64,000 nt of DNA from Pristiophorus japonicus (Eukaryota): positions 28,520,001 to 28,584,000 of the forward strand of contig NC_091999.1 of NCBI RefSeq assembly GCF_044704955.1. The letters run 5' to 3'. Below, in pieces: positions 35,747-47,914 of the stretch. The notes under the pieces were generated by a model. That model ran no database searches and was not told the origin of the DNA. It worked only from the letters and a program-made list of their open reading frames with translations. Numbering within the stretch: position 1 is the stretch's first letter; each line of letters begins with the position of its first letter. Made by a program: the position numbers and the translations under genes.

Positions 35747-37340
35747 ATGTTTAAGAGAAAATAACAAGGAGCAGTCTCCTCCTGCGGGAGAGAAGTATAG
35801 AATACCAGGGTGGAGCACGTGGGATGAGGGTTTTGGCTCTCTTGCCAATGTGCTAGCCCAGTTTGGACTCCCGCAACATTTTGATATGCAGTTATTGGAA
35901 CAGAGCAAAGAGAGAACCGTAGCCCAGGCGGTACTGTCTCTCCTGGAGGAAGCGGGCGTCCCACAGGAGAAAAGTAGTCCCTCACCAATGGGATGGATTT
36001 TGTTGACAGCATTAAAGACGATGTGTAAACAACTTAAGGAAAGTGAGGCAGAAAACCTGGAGTTAAAAACAGCTGTTAAGGTTTTCGAAAGTCAAAACTC
36101 GACTCTGACTGAAGCGATCCGCACTGAATAACAACAGGTGGACAAGCTCAATGAACAATCAGAAACTTTAATATACCGTCTGGTGACAGTACAAAATTAT
36201 TAAAAAGCCAGACGACGTAAATTACAGATAGATCGGTCAAAGGTACGTATATTGGTAGCTGGACCCACTTGGGATCCGGCTCATTGGGAAGGAGACATCT
36301 GGTAGTCCTCTGACTCAGAATATGAGTGAACAGATGGAGAGGGGGGGGAACGGGAGGAAACTAAAAACCCTCCCCCATACGCTCCGAGCACGAAAGCTAG
36401 ACCCTTATGAAAAATAAGGCGAAACAGCAAGATGGGGAACAGCCGGTAACCACTAGAAGGGTGCGTGACTTCACCACTTGTGAGTTACAAGAAATAGGGT
36501 CTCGATTTCGCCAAAAATCCGGGGAATCATTGTCAGAATGGCTAACCTGGATTTGGAATCAGGGAACATCAGGCGTAATACTTAACCTTGAAGAGTTAAC
36601 AAAAATGAAGACTATGATTACAGACCAACATATCACAGCAGTGCTACGGAATGTCCAGGGCACAGGTTCGCTATGGGACATGGTTACTATAGGGGTCCAG
36701 CAAAAATATCCCTCTGCCGTTGATTGGGAAGGGGAGGTAAAACCTTGGAGTACTATGGTGGAGGGTGCGATACAATTGCACAACATGGCAACACAGGGAG
36801 GAATATATCACCAACAATATGGGGGGCCAGATCAGGAGCTTTTTATGGCAGGAATGCGGAGCAGGCTGATGAAGAGTGGCCCTCCTATGATGGGGGGTGC
36901 ACTATTCGCATTATTGGGACCAGCCCAAGGGCAGCGGGTGGGGGATGCTTTCCAGTTGTTGGGACAGTTAGAGGATGTAGAAGATAGTGTGCGAGAGTCG
37001 AGAACGGCTAATGCAGAGGGGGATCGGGACCAGCGACAAGGGTCGACCTCTGGGAAAGATATAGGGTCAGGAAAGACAAAAGATAAGAATTGCGCGAAGG
37101 GACATGTTCGCGGCTTTACTGAAAGCAGGGTTCCCAAAGGAAAAAATTGATGGCTTCCCAACAGGAGCAATGTATTCTATGTGGAAGCAACGCTGCGTAA
37201 TGGGAACAGGGAAGGGAAAAAGGAGGGAGGTAAGGGAGACTAAGTCGGATAGCGACAAGTCTGCGGATGTGGAGAAACCATCTCCCACTAGTCTATACCT
37301 CAGCTTAGAAGAGCTGTGGAAGGCTAGTAGTACCCTCGAC
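35747..37340 (+). pseudogene. gag: ERV gag, disrupted
   Basis: Lies directly after the PBS; ERV-L-type RFRQKSGESLSEWLTWIW motif; several stops and frameshifts. Confidence 0.75.
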
Positions 37341-37399
37341 TGGGGTGTGGCCGGGATCCGGGAGTACTCCCCGTTAGAACCACATCAACCCAAGCTTCC

Positions 37400-40300
37400 A
37401 GGATCTGAGGCCACACATTCCGATTACAATACATTGGCGGGGCGGGGGCGAACATGCAAAGAGATGTTGCTTTACTAGACACAGGGGCAGAAGTTACTTT
37501 TATCCATGGAAATCCTAGGAAACACACAGGGACCTGTATGATGATTAATGGGTTCGGAGGGGCAGAAACTCCCGCTGTCCGAACAACTATCAGAATGGCG
37601 TTGGGAAATGGGCCTCCGCGCTGGGTAACGGTCTTAATATCGGCAGTAAAGGAACATATTATTGGGATGGACCTTTTAAAGGGAATCGCACACAACACCT
37701 CGTTTGGGCGATTCTCATTCGGGATATGGGCGATCACTGAGATTGCAGGGAAGCAAAGTAGGAACCAATGGTAATACCACGGCCATCGCGTATAGTGACT
37801 ATGAAACAATACCGCATACCTGGGGGACACAAAGAAATAGGGGAAACCATACAAGGACTCTTGGAAACGGGAATCATTAGACATGTGGTGTCCCCCTACA
37901 ATAGCCCTGTTTGGCGTGTGCAGAAATCCGACAAATGTTGGAGGATGACTGTGGATTACCGACAACTGAACAAATGTGCCCCTCCCCTGGCAACCACTGT
38001 CCCAGATGTAGTAACTATAACAGAGCGGCTGTCTCAAGAAGGTGCGGAGTGGTATGCGGTAATCGACCTGGCCAATGCCTTTTTTCTCCATTCCAATAGC
38101 GAAAGAATCCCAGGACCAGTTTGCATTCACTTGGGAAGGGAGGCAATACATAAATGCCTAACTCAAGGTTACCTACATAGCCCTACCCTACGCCACGGAT
38201 TGGTGGCCCGGGACCTGGACATGTGCACGTTGGCTCCTAAAGTCTCACTGGCACACTACATCGATGATGTACTAATAAGGGGTCCCACCGAGGCTGTGGT
38301 GTCAGTAGCCCTAGCTACTTTAGTCCAACACATGCGAGATATGGGCTTGGAGATAAATCCGAAGAAGATGCAGGGCCCTAGCCAGATTGTCCAGTTTCTG
38401 GGGATCCAATGGTCTCGGGGTGAGCGCATCATACCCGAGCCTGTGAAGAATAACATTAAATAAATGGCCACCTCCACGAATAAAACTGAGACACAACGGT
38501 TAGTGGGACTATTGGGTTACTGGAGGAGACATATACCTCACCTCACGATGCTTTTAAAACCGTTGAATGCCGTAACACGAAAAAAGGCCCACTTCGAGTG
38601 GGGAAAGGAACAACAGGTGGCTTTTGATGCAGCCAAAGAAGCCGTAGCTCAAGCTTTACCCCTAGCCCCACGAGTGCCTGGACAGCCTTTTGAGCTACAG
38701 GTATCCGTTACCAATGATACTGCAGTATAACGTTTGTGGCAGGTTCAACATGGCACTCGTATACCGTTAGGGTTCTGGACTAGAAAATTGACAGGTGCTG
38801 CTGCTCGTTACACTCCGTTTGAGAAACAATTATTAGCATGTTATTGGGCCCTAACAGAAACAGAAGGACAGACAGGGGACGACAAAGTCAGTTTAAGACC
38901 ACACCTACCCATTTTATCCTGGGTTCTCTCAGAAAATGAGACACACAAGGTCGGGCGAGCGCAGCAAAGCTCCATAGTGCGCTGGAAAAGGTATATCGCA
39001 GACAGAGCAAGTAAAGGGAAATAAGTAATCACCCGACTACATGAGCATGTGGCTGAATACCCACAAACAGCTGAGAGTGAACTTATGCAGTCGTCTGTCA
39101 GTTTTACCAAAGAGTCACCGATCCGCTGGGGCGTGTCCTTTAAACGTTTAACACCCAAAGAACGTAGCCATGCCTGGTTCACAGGTGGCTCAGCGGTCTG
39201 GCGAAATGGCTTTCGGCGATAGCGAGCCACTGCCTTCAATACAAAAACCCAGACAATTGTGCATGATAAGGGCGTGGGAGGCTCCAGCCAGCAAGCAGAA
39301 CTAGCAGCTGTCGTCCTTGCGTTAGAAGAGGAACAGCAACAAGTACACATATATACTGACGCATGGGCAGTAGCCAATGGCATGGCGGGCTGAATGCGAA
39401 ACTGGCATGAACATAACTGGCAAATAACTGGGAAAGACTTGTGGGGAAAGTACCTATGGGAACAAATATGGTCCAAAGCCCAGGAGATGAAAATAACTGT
39501 ATATCATGTGGACACTCACATGAAAAACACTTCAAAGACCTCTGAATATAATAACACCGTTGATAATATAGCCCGGGTACGGGCTGTCAAACAGGCGGAA
39601 GAGGAAGAATATGGCATAGGCAAGTGGGCCCACCACAAATCTAGACATTTGGGCATTCAGAGTACGATACAGTGGGCACGAAATAGGGCTTACATTTGAC
39701 GACGGACGGTGTTAAACAGATCATAAACACCTGTGAAATTTGTCAAAAGGTGAAGCATTTTCCCCTACAAAACAATCCATATTAAGAGAGGGACTCAAGC
39801 AGCAGAAACATGGCAAGTTGATTATGTAGGACCTTTAACATTGCAACAACGGTTCCAATATTTGCTCACTGTTGTTGATACCTATTCTATACTTTTGATT
39901 GCTTATCCAGTGACTAAAGCGAATCAACAAAGTACGATTAAAGGACTGGATAATTTAATCATATACTACAGTGAGCCAGCAGAAGTACAGTCCGATAATG
40001 GGTCGCACTTCACAGGTCAAACAGTGCATCAGTGGACGGTAGACAACGAGTTCTATTGGATGTTTCACATACCTTACTGCAGGGTTAATAGAACGCATGA
40101 ATGGATTACTTAAGCAACAGATTAAAATATTAACTAGCACTAACACATTGCAAGGATGGTTAAAGGTCTTCCCACAAGCAGTGCGCAATCTGAATCACCG
40201 ACCATTGTGGGGGGAACTCCCATAAGCCACATGTTAGGCAAAGTAGTGTCCCTACTATTGAAAAAGGAAATCAGACTCAGGACACAGTTTGTGAAGGAGG

Positions 40301-40445
40301 AAAAGTGTGGGTGCAGTACCCCCAGAAACGCTTACAAGCAGGGGAAATCATAGCGAAATGAGAAGGAAACACTTATTGGGTGCTCCTGACCGGTCAAGAT
40401 ATTCCTCTCTCTGTTGACAAGGGTAAATTGACTAAACGGGGCTGA
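37400..40445 (+). pseudogene. pol: ERV pro-pol (protease, RT, RNase H, integrase), disrupted
   Basis: LLDTGA (DTG 37478); SPYNSPVW, WRMTVDYRQLN, IDLANAFF, QGYLHSP, YIDD (38257); YTPFEKQLLACYWAL; IYTDAWAV; WQVDYVGPL, QSDNGSHF. Confidence 0.93.
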
Positions 40446-40487
40446 ATTAATATACTTATGCTTCCTCCCACAGGAATTCTGCCCAAA

Positions 40488-41004
40488 ATGGCGACCTATC
40501 AACTCGTGCTGGCCAGCCTCTGTGTCTCGTTATCTGTGACTGTTCTACTTCCATCCTCAAACACAGCATGAAATGGCCATAAAGGGTGGCGGTTAGGCTA
40601 ACACTGATCGTACGCAAGACAATTACTAACCTTCCTCCCACTGTAGACCTAACTCGTTAAGCTCAATTTCTAAAAGATAATCAAAAGGTTACTGACGAAT
40701 TGAGCAAACGAGGGCGTACTCTTCATACTCTTCAAGTTGCTATGAGTTACAGTGAAGGCGTTTGGTCAGAGTTGCGACAACGGTCACTGGCCTTACAGTA
40801 CACCATTGGTGGGACATCTTTTACGGATGGTCACCCAAAACATCCGCCGCTTTGAAGCTGTTACTACATCCTATCGTTTTACTCGTAGCGTTATTACTGA
40901 TATTACTGCTTGTATGTATTCTTTGGTGTAGATTGCGGGCGTTGCTTGCGCATACACAACATGTAACTGATGCATTACGCCTTCAACTCGATTATATTAC
41001 TTAG
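40488..41004 (+). pseudogene. env: env remnant (signal peptide joined to the TM-subunit C-terminus)
   Basis: Acceptor CTTCCTCCCACAG at 40473; Kozak AAAATGG; MATYQLVLASLCVSLSVTVLL; then HHWWDIFYGWSP and a hydrophobic TM helix before the PPT. Confidence 0.65.
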
Positions 41005-41028
41005 AATGTCTAAATATCAAGGGTGGAT

Positions 41029-41567
41029 TGTATTGTATAGGGTTAATCACATAGGGTTAATTATGATATTCCGACACTTACAGTGTGTATTCTGCTTCAT
41101 GCCTCGTGGAATGTTGTTGATGCAGAGAGAGAGAGAGAGAGAGACACCTTGATGCGCACACCATCTTGTTTATGGGACGATCGGCGCCTCGAGGTCTCAT
41201 GCTTTGTGGAAGAACTGCTGGGGTCTTACAGATTAGCAGTTGGCCATAAGCCACATGCACCCATGGTTTGTTCAATAGTATATAGGAACGGAACTGTCCA
41301 GTAGCTCTTTGAATTTCACCTTGGACCATGATTCGCGAGCAGTGCCGGGACCCCTAAGGCTCCAGACCAGCCATCGTTGTGAAGTTCCCGATGGGCTGAA
41401 GGCTGTGAGCTTTGTTGCATTGTATCATACTTCTCTTTTCTTTGTAAACTGTATGATGTTTCCTTTCTCTCAGTAAACGGTGTTTTATCTTTACTTCATT
41501 TGTCTTGTCTCTTATTTAACATTCATCCAGATACCGAACCTGGATCTATTATTATCGATCCAAAACA
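41029..41567 (+). repeat. 3' LTR (539 bp), preceded by the PPT CAAGGGTGGAT
   Basis: TG...CA termini; aligns with the 5' LTR. Confidence 0.92.
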
Positions 41568-42157
41568 CATGCTAGCGCAAGTCTTTTTACACAGCTTATA
41601 CAATACAAGCAGCTTGTTGGAGCATAAAATGTTTCTGGCTATCTCAAAAGCAATTATTTGTTTTTTTACCCCATACCCAGTTCACACCTTTACGCAATAA
41701 CACATGTAGGGGCTCTAAGAGGGTGCTTAACCCTGGTAGGAAGTTACCAAAATAGTTGAGGAGTCCCCAGAACGACCGCAGCTCCATGACATTCTGTGGC
41801 CTGGGTGAGTTGCTGATAGCCTCTGTCTTGGCGTCTGTGGGCTGAATGCCTCCGCCGCGATCTTTCTCCCAAAGAACTCCACTTCTGATTCCATGAAGAC
41901 GCATTTCGACCTCTTCAGCCGCACCCCTACGCGATGCAGTCGCTGGAGGACCTCCTCCAGGTTTTGCAGGTGCTCGACAGTGTCCCAACCCATGACCAAT
42001 ATGCCGTCCTGAAAAACAACCGTGCATGATACCGGCTTGAGTAGACTCTCCATGTTTCTCTGCAATATCGCTGCAGCCGAACGAATTCCAAAAAGGCATC
42101 TGCTGTAGATGAATAGTACACTGTGCGTGTTGATGCAGGTGAGGCCCTTCGAAGACT
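41568..42157 (-). mobile_element. Gypsy LTR-retrotransposon RT/RNase H fragment
   Basis: CINTH..LF.Y.R.LFG..SAAAI.QR.M, VFQDG (FQDD-like), LKRSKC, ELRSF.GLLNYF; ends at LAC, the start of RNase H. Confidence 0.88.
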
Positions 42158-43680
42158 TCCCCTCCCCCACAACTCTATCTCCTTCCCCTCCCCCCCAACT
42201 CGGACACCCTCCCCTCCCCCCCCCAACTCGGGCTCCCTCCCCTCACACCCACCACACCCCGACTCGGGCTCCCTCCCCTCCCGACGCGGGCTCCTCCATC
42301 CTCCCCTGCCCCCGACTCCGTCTCCTCCACACTCCCTTCCCCCCCGAATCGGGCTCCTCCACCCTCCCCTCCCACCGACTCGGGCTCCTCCATCCTCCCC
42401 TCCCCCCCCCGACTCGGGCTCCTCCATCCTCTCTTACCCCTCGACTCGGGCTCCTCCACCCTCCACTCTCCTCCCCACTCGGGATCCTGGATCCTCCCCT
42501 CCCACCGACTCGGGCTCCTCCATCTTCCCCTCCCCCCCGACTCGGGCTCCTCCATCCTCTCTTACCCCCCGACTCTGGCTCCTCTACCCTCCACTCTCCT
42601 CCCCACTCGGGATCCTGGATCCTCCCCTCCCCCCCGACTCGGACTCCTCACTACCCCCCCCCCCCCCAACGCAGGCTACTCTCCTCCCCTCCAACTGGGG
42701 CTTCTCACCCCCACAACTCAGGCTACGCCACTCCCCCCAACTCAGGCTACTCCCCTCCCCCCCAACTCGGGCTCTTCTCCTCCCCACAACTCAGGCTCCT
42801 CCCCTCCCCCCCAAAAAAAACTCGGGCTCGCCCCTCCACCACTCCCCCGAAATAACTCGAGCTCTCCCCTCCCCTCAAACTCGGGCACTCCCCCTCCCTC
42901 TCCCTCTCCCCCAACTCGGGCTCTCCCCCTCCCACTCTCTCACAACTCAGAATCTCAGCCTCCCCCTCTCCCCCAACTCGGACACTCCCCCTCCCCCTCT
43001 CTCACAACTCAGAATCTCAGCCTCCCACTCTCCCCCAACTCTGGCACTCCCCCTCCCCCTCTCTCACAACACAGAATCTCAGCCTCCCTCTCTCCCCCAA
43101 CTCGGGCACTCCCCCTCCCTCTCCCTCTCCCCCAACTCGGGCACTCCCCCTCCCTCTCCCTTTCCCACAACTCGGGCTTTCCCCCTCCCCCTTTCTCACA
43201 ACTCAGAATCTCAGCCTCCCGCTCACCCCCAACTCGGGCTCTCCCACTCCCCATCCCTCTCCCCCAACTCGTGCTCTCCCCCTCCCTCTCTCCCCAACTC
43301 GTGCTCTCCCCCTCCCTCTCTCCCCCAACTCGGGCTCTCCCCCTCCCTCTCTCCCCCAACTCGGGCTCTCCCCCTCACTCTCTCCCCAACTCCGTCTCTC
43401 CCCCTCCCCCTCCCCCTCAACTCGGGCTCTCCCCCTCACCCTCAACTCGGGCTCTCCCCATCCCCCCTCCCCCAACTCGGCCTCTCCCTCTCCGCGGGCT
43501 CTCCCTCTCTACTCCTCTCCCCTCCCCCAACTCGGTCTTTCTCCCTCCCCCTCTCCCCCAACTCGGGCTGCCCCAACTTGGGCTCTCCCCCTCCCCCTCT
43601 CTCCCAACGACCTCTCTCCCCCTCCTCAACCCCGGGCTCTCCCGCACCCCCTCTCTCCCAACTCGGGCTCTCCCCCTCCG
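42158..43680 (+). repeat. C-rich low-complexity repeat (CCCCAACTCGGGCTCTCCCC units)
   Basis: Direct reading; explains the 541-aa Pro-rich ORF. Confidence 0.9.
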
Positions 43681-44050
43681 CCCTGAAGGTACTCACTGTG
43701 GCTGGGTTCAGTTCTACACTCACTGGTTCCCCTCCCCTGAAGTGCTGACTCTGGCTGGGTTCACTTCTGCACTCACTGGTTCCCCTCCCGTGAAGGTATT
43801 GACTCTGGCTGGTTTCAGTTCTACACTCAGTGGTTCCCCTCCCGTGAAGGTACTGACTCTGGCTGGTTTCAGTTCTACACTCAGTGGTTCCCCTCCCCTG
43901 AAGGTACTGACTCTGGCTGGGTTCAGTTCTACATTCACTGGTACCCCTCCCCTGAAGTACTGATTCTGGCTGGGTTCAGATCTACACTAACTGGTTCCCC
44001 TCCCCTTAAGTATTGATTCTGGCTAGGTTCAGTTCGACACTTACTGGTTC
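43681..44050 (+). repeat. 54-bp tandem repeat (GAAGGTACTGACTCTGGCTGGGTTCAGTTCTACACTCACTGGTTCCCCTCCCCT), ZNF-associated family
   Basis: About 7 units; related 63-bp arrays at 49850-50125 and, inverted, at 57550-58022. Confidence 0.9.
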
Positions 44051-44254
44051 GCCATTGTATGTGAAGTGCTCCTGGCACTTTATTAAACGCATATTAACGT
44101 GATCGGAGATCACTGACTGATAAGCAGCCAGCGGCGTGGAGCCTCCTGAGAATACCGTTCCTTTACAGCCAGTACTTACAGGAGCTGGGACACGGGAAGT
44201 ATCCCATTGATTCATTGATACATTTGTTCACTAAAAATAGTAATTTCTACTTAA

Positions 44255-45670
44255 TTTACAGATGCTCCCTGACCAGTCCCCATTTCTCCTCCATTTACAG
44301 ACGCTCCCTGACCAATCCCCATTTCTCCTCCATTTACAGATGCTCCCTGACCAGTCCCCATTTCTCCTCCATTTACCGAAACTCCCTGACCAATCCTCAT
44401 TTCTCCTCCATTTACAGACGCTCCCTGACCAGTCCCCATTCTCCATTTACAGACGCTCCCTGACCAGTCCCCATTTCTCCTCCATTTACAGATGCTCCCT
44501 GACCAGTCCCCATTTCTCCTCCATTTAACGAAACTCCCTGACCAATCCTCATTTCTCCTCCATTTACAGACGCTCCCTGACCAGTCCCCATTCTCCATTT
44601 ACAGACACTCCCTGACCAGCCCCCATTCTCCATTTACAGACGCTCCCTGACCAGTCCCCATTTCTCCTCCATTTACAGACGCTCCCTGATCACTCCCCAT
44701 TTCTCCTCCATTTACAGTCACTCACTGACCAGTCCCCATTTCTCCATTTACCAACGCTCCTTGACCAGTCACCATTTCTCTCCATTTACAGACGCTCCCT
44801 GACCATTCCCGATTTCTCCTCCATTTACCGACACTCCCTGACCAGTCCCCATTCTCCATTTACAGACGCTCCCTGACCAGTCCCCCTTTCTCCTCCATTT
44901 ACAGACGCTCCCTGACCAGTCCCCATTTCTCCTCCATTTACCGACACTCCCTGACCAGTCCCCATTTCTCCATTTACCGACGCTCCTTGACCAGTCACCA
45001 TTTCTCTCCATTTACAACGCTCCCTGACCACTCCCCATTTCTCCTCCATTTGCAGACACTCTCTGACCAGTCCCCATTTACAGACACTCTCTGACCAGTC
45101 CCCATTTCTCCTCCATTTACAGACACTCCCTCACCACTCCCCATTTCTCCTCCATTTACAGACACTCCCTCACCACTCCCCATTTCTCCTCCATTTACAG
45201 ACACTCCCTCACCACTCCCCATTTCTCCTCCATTTACAGACACTCCCTCACCACTCCCCATTTCTCCTCCATTTACAGACGCTCCCTGACCAGTCCCCAT
45301 TTCTCCATTTACAGACGCTTCCTGACCAGTCCCCATTTCTCCCCCATTTTCAGACGCTCCCTGAATGGTCCCCATTTCTCCTCCATTTTCAGACGCTCCC
45401 TGACCAGTCCCCATTCCTCCTCCACTTACAGACGCTCGCTGACCAGTCTCCATTTCTCCATTTACAGACAATCCCTGACCGGTCCCCATTTCTCCCCCTT
45501 TTACAGACACTCCCTGACCAGTCCCCATTTCTCCATTTACAGACGCTCTCTGACTAGTCCCTATTTCTCCTCCATTTACAGATGCTCCCTAACCACTCCC
45601 CATTTCTCCTCCATTTACAGACACTCCCTGACCACTCCCCATTTCTGCTCCAGTTACAGACACTTCCTGA
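44255..45670 (+). repeat. 35-39-bp minisatellite (TTTACAGACGCTCCCTGACCAGTCCCCATTTCTCCTCCA)
   Basis: About 37 units, direct periodicity. Confidence 0.93.
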
Positions 45671-45914
45671 CTCGCTGAGTATTTCCCAGCACTTCCTGGT
45701 GGGCCCAGAGTCTGTGTCTGAAACTGGCGGGTGGTTGTGGGGTGGCGGATAATGCGGAGTGTTGTCTCTCAAACTCCAAGATGAAACGGAACCTTTGTAT
45801 TTTGGCTTTAAACAGATGGAACATTGTGGGGTGGAGCAAACATTGCATTATCTGTTAGTGAAATGGATTCATTCAGGACAGGCAGCAGGGTTGCAGAAAA
45901 TCACACAGTGCAGT

Positions 45915-46425
45915 GAGAAAGAAAATGGATGTTGTGTAGATGGATTGTCAAAAGGTGTTCGATAAGGTGCCGGACAGGAGGCTTGTTGATCAAATTAAGG
46001 CTCACAGTATTAAAGGGAGTGGGGCAGCGTGGAGAGGAAGTTGGGTCAAGGGCTGAAAGCAGAGAGTGGCGGTTAATGGAGGTTCTTCAGACTGGAGGGA
46101 TGTAAACAGTGGTGTCCCCAGGGTCAGTGTTGGAACCATTGCTCTGCTCAATATAGAGAAATGATCTGGGCTTGGGTATATGGGGCACACGATCAAAATC
46201 TCCTGGGAACGCCAAAAAGGGCCCATGGCCAACTGTGAAGAGGACTTTTAGTGCCTACATTGTCAATACACAGTTTAGTAATTGGGCAGGTAGATGTGAA
46301 ATGAAATTTAATGCAGAGAAATGTGCTGCGATAGATTTCGGGAGGAAGAAAAAGGGAGGAAATGTACATTAAATGGTCAAACTTTCAATGGAGTAGAGGA
46401 GCAGAGAGATTTAGGGTTGTAAGAT
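45915..46425 (+). mobile_element. CR1 RT fragment
   Basis: FDKVP and SGVP-GSVLEPL-like homology. Confidence 0.7.
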
Positions 46426-46476
46426 TCTAGCTAATTCCTTGTCTTATTGAGGATCGAGAGACGAGTGTTATAACAC

Positions 46477-46655
46477 AAGAACATAAGAAATAGGAGCAGG
46501 AGTAGGCCATCTGGCTCCTCGAGCCTGCTCCATCATTCAATAAGATCATGGCTGATCTGATCCTGGCCTCAACTCCACTTCCCTGCCCGCTCCCCATAAC
46601 CCTTCACTCCATAAACGCTTAAAAATATGTCTATCTACAACTTAAATATATTCAA
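46477..46655 (-). mobile_element. CR1 3' end fragment
   Basis: AAGAACATAAGAAATAGGAGCAGGAGTAGGCC tail. Confidence 0.75.
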
Positions 46656-47329
46656 TGATTATTATTAGAAACATTAATATTTTAAGAAATATAATTTGAG
46701 CAGATTCTCTGTGCTCTACCACATCAGAGTAAATATGCAATTCCCACGTGTCCACAGTAACTGACACCAGGTCAGCCCGCTGGATGGAACCTCGGGTGCC
46801 CTGAGCTTGATCTCCGGTGTCTCCAGTCCCCACTGCCCTCTTACATCAGTCGCCCCTCACTTTTATACCCTGCACTGATCCACCTCTGGCACCGGACTCT
46901 TCTTTGTCTTCTCTGCTGTGTTTGGGCAGGATATGAGGAAAAGACAGCTGGAACTTCTCTAATCCGTGATTTCCCTGGTACTCAGCAGTTACTTTTCTTC
47001 AGTAATTTTTTCATTATCCTAAACTCCCCTGCCTGCTGTTAGTTGTTATTTCTTATAGTTTCACAATTATAGGTATAAGCATCTCGCGTTATAACCTAAT
47101 CTATTGTGTTACTCACTCTGGTTTAAGCTTACATTGTGATTACTTACACACAAACCCTGTTTTTTCCCCGATCTGATTACAGATTGCAACAGTGGGTTCA
47201 GTGAATGGTATGTCGGATCAGTGTTGCCATGGTGATCTGTCTGCAGCGAATCGATTGTTTGAGTTTCTAACTTAGACTGAACTTATCTTTCCCAAGATGC
47301 ACATTTAAGTCGACGTCAATATATTTTAG

Positions 47330-47730
47330 CCATTTTATATTGATAAAGTGGTTAAAGAAGCACATGGGGCCCTAGGGTTTATAAATAGGGGTGTGGAGTA
47401 CAAAAGGGCAGAGGTCATGTAAAACTGCACAAATCATTGGTTAGGCTGCAGTTCGAATATTGTGTCAGATTTTGGGGATCTTACACCAGGAAGGATATCG
47501 AGGCCATGGAGAGGGTGCAGAGAGATTCATTGAGATGATACCAGGGAAGAGAGGCTTTAGTTATCAGGGGAGATTGGAGAAACGGGGACTATTTTCAATA
47601 GAACAAAGGGTCATTGGAGATCTTAGGGAGGTGTTCAAAGTTTGATCGGTAAATGAGGAAAAACTATTTCCACCAGTCGGTGAGTCAGTAACTCGAGGGC
47701 ATCAAATTCAAATCATCACCAAAAGGCTCA
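47330..47730 (+). mobile_element. CR1 RT C-terminal fragment
   Basis: RLEKRGLFSIEQRVIGDLREVFKV. Confidence 0.7.
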
Positions 47731-47914
47731 GACCCAGGGGTGAGCTATCGAAAACACTGTGCAACAATGTTTGGGACACTCACTGTCCCTCCGGATCTGT
47801 GTCCAGGGGAGGAACTGATGGGTTTTCCTTATCTGTGGGTTAAATGATGTTCTCATCAAGGTGAATGGATGTCAGTGTTTGGGAATGGGTCATTCTGAGC
47901 ACCTTGTGTCTGCC

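Larger units (their letters stand above)
34999..41567 (+). mobile_element. Endogenous retrovirus, class III (ERV-L/ERV-S-like), defective provirus
   Basis: Two similar LTRs (roughly 90% by eye), PBS, gag-pro-RT-RH-IN order, env remnant and PPT. Confidence 0.93.

Noticed and set aside
42123-43748. 541-aa Pro/Ser-rich ORF and its overlapping ORFs
   Set aside because: Open in several frames on both strands only because the C-rich repeat lacks stop codons; no domain or splice context
44255-45670. CRISPR-like array
   Set aside because: Head-to-tail units without unique spacers, no cas genes, vertebrate DNA; the same applies to the other tandem arrays
46720-46930. Minus-strand TATAAAA promoter with an octamer-like motif (possible Ig V promoter)
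   Set aside because: No leader or V exon follows; the motifs alone are insufficient
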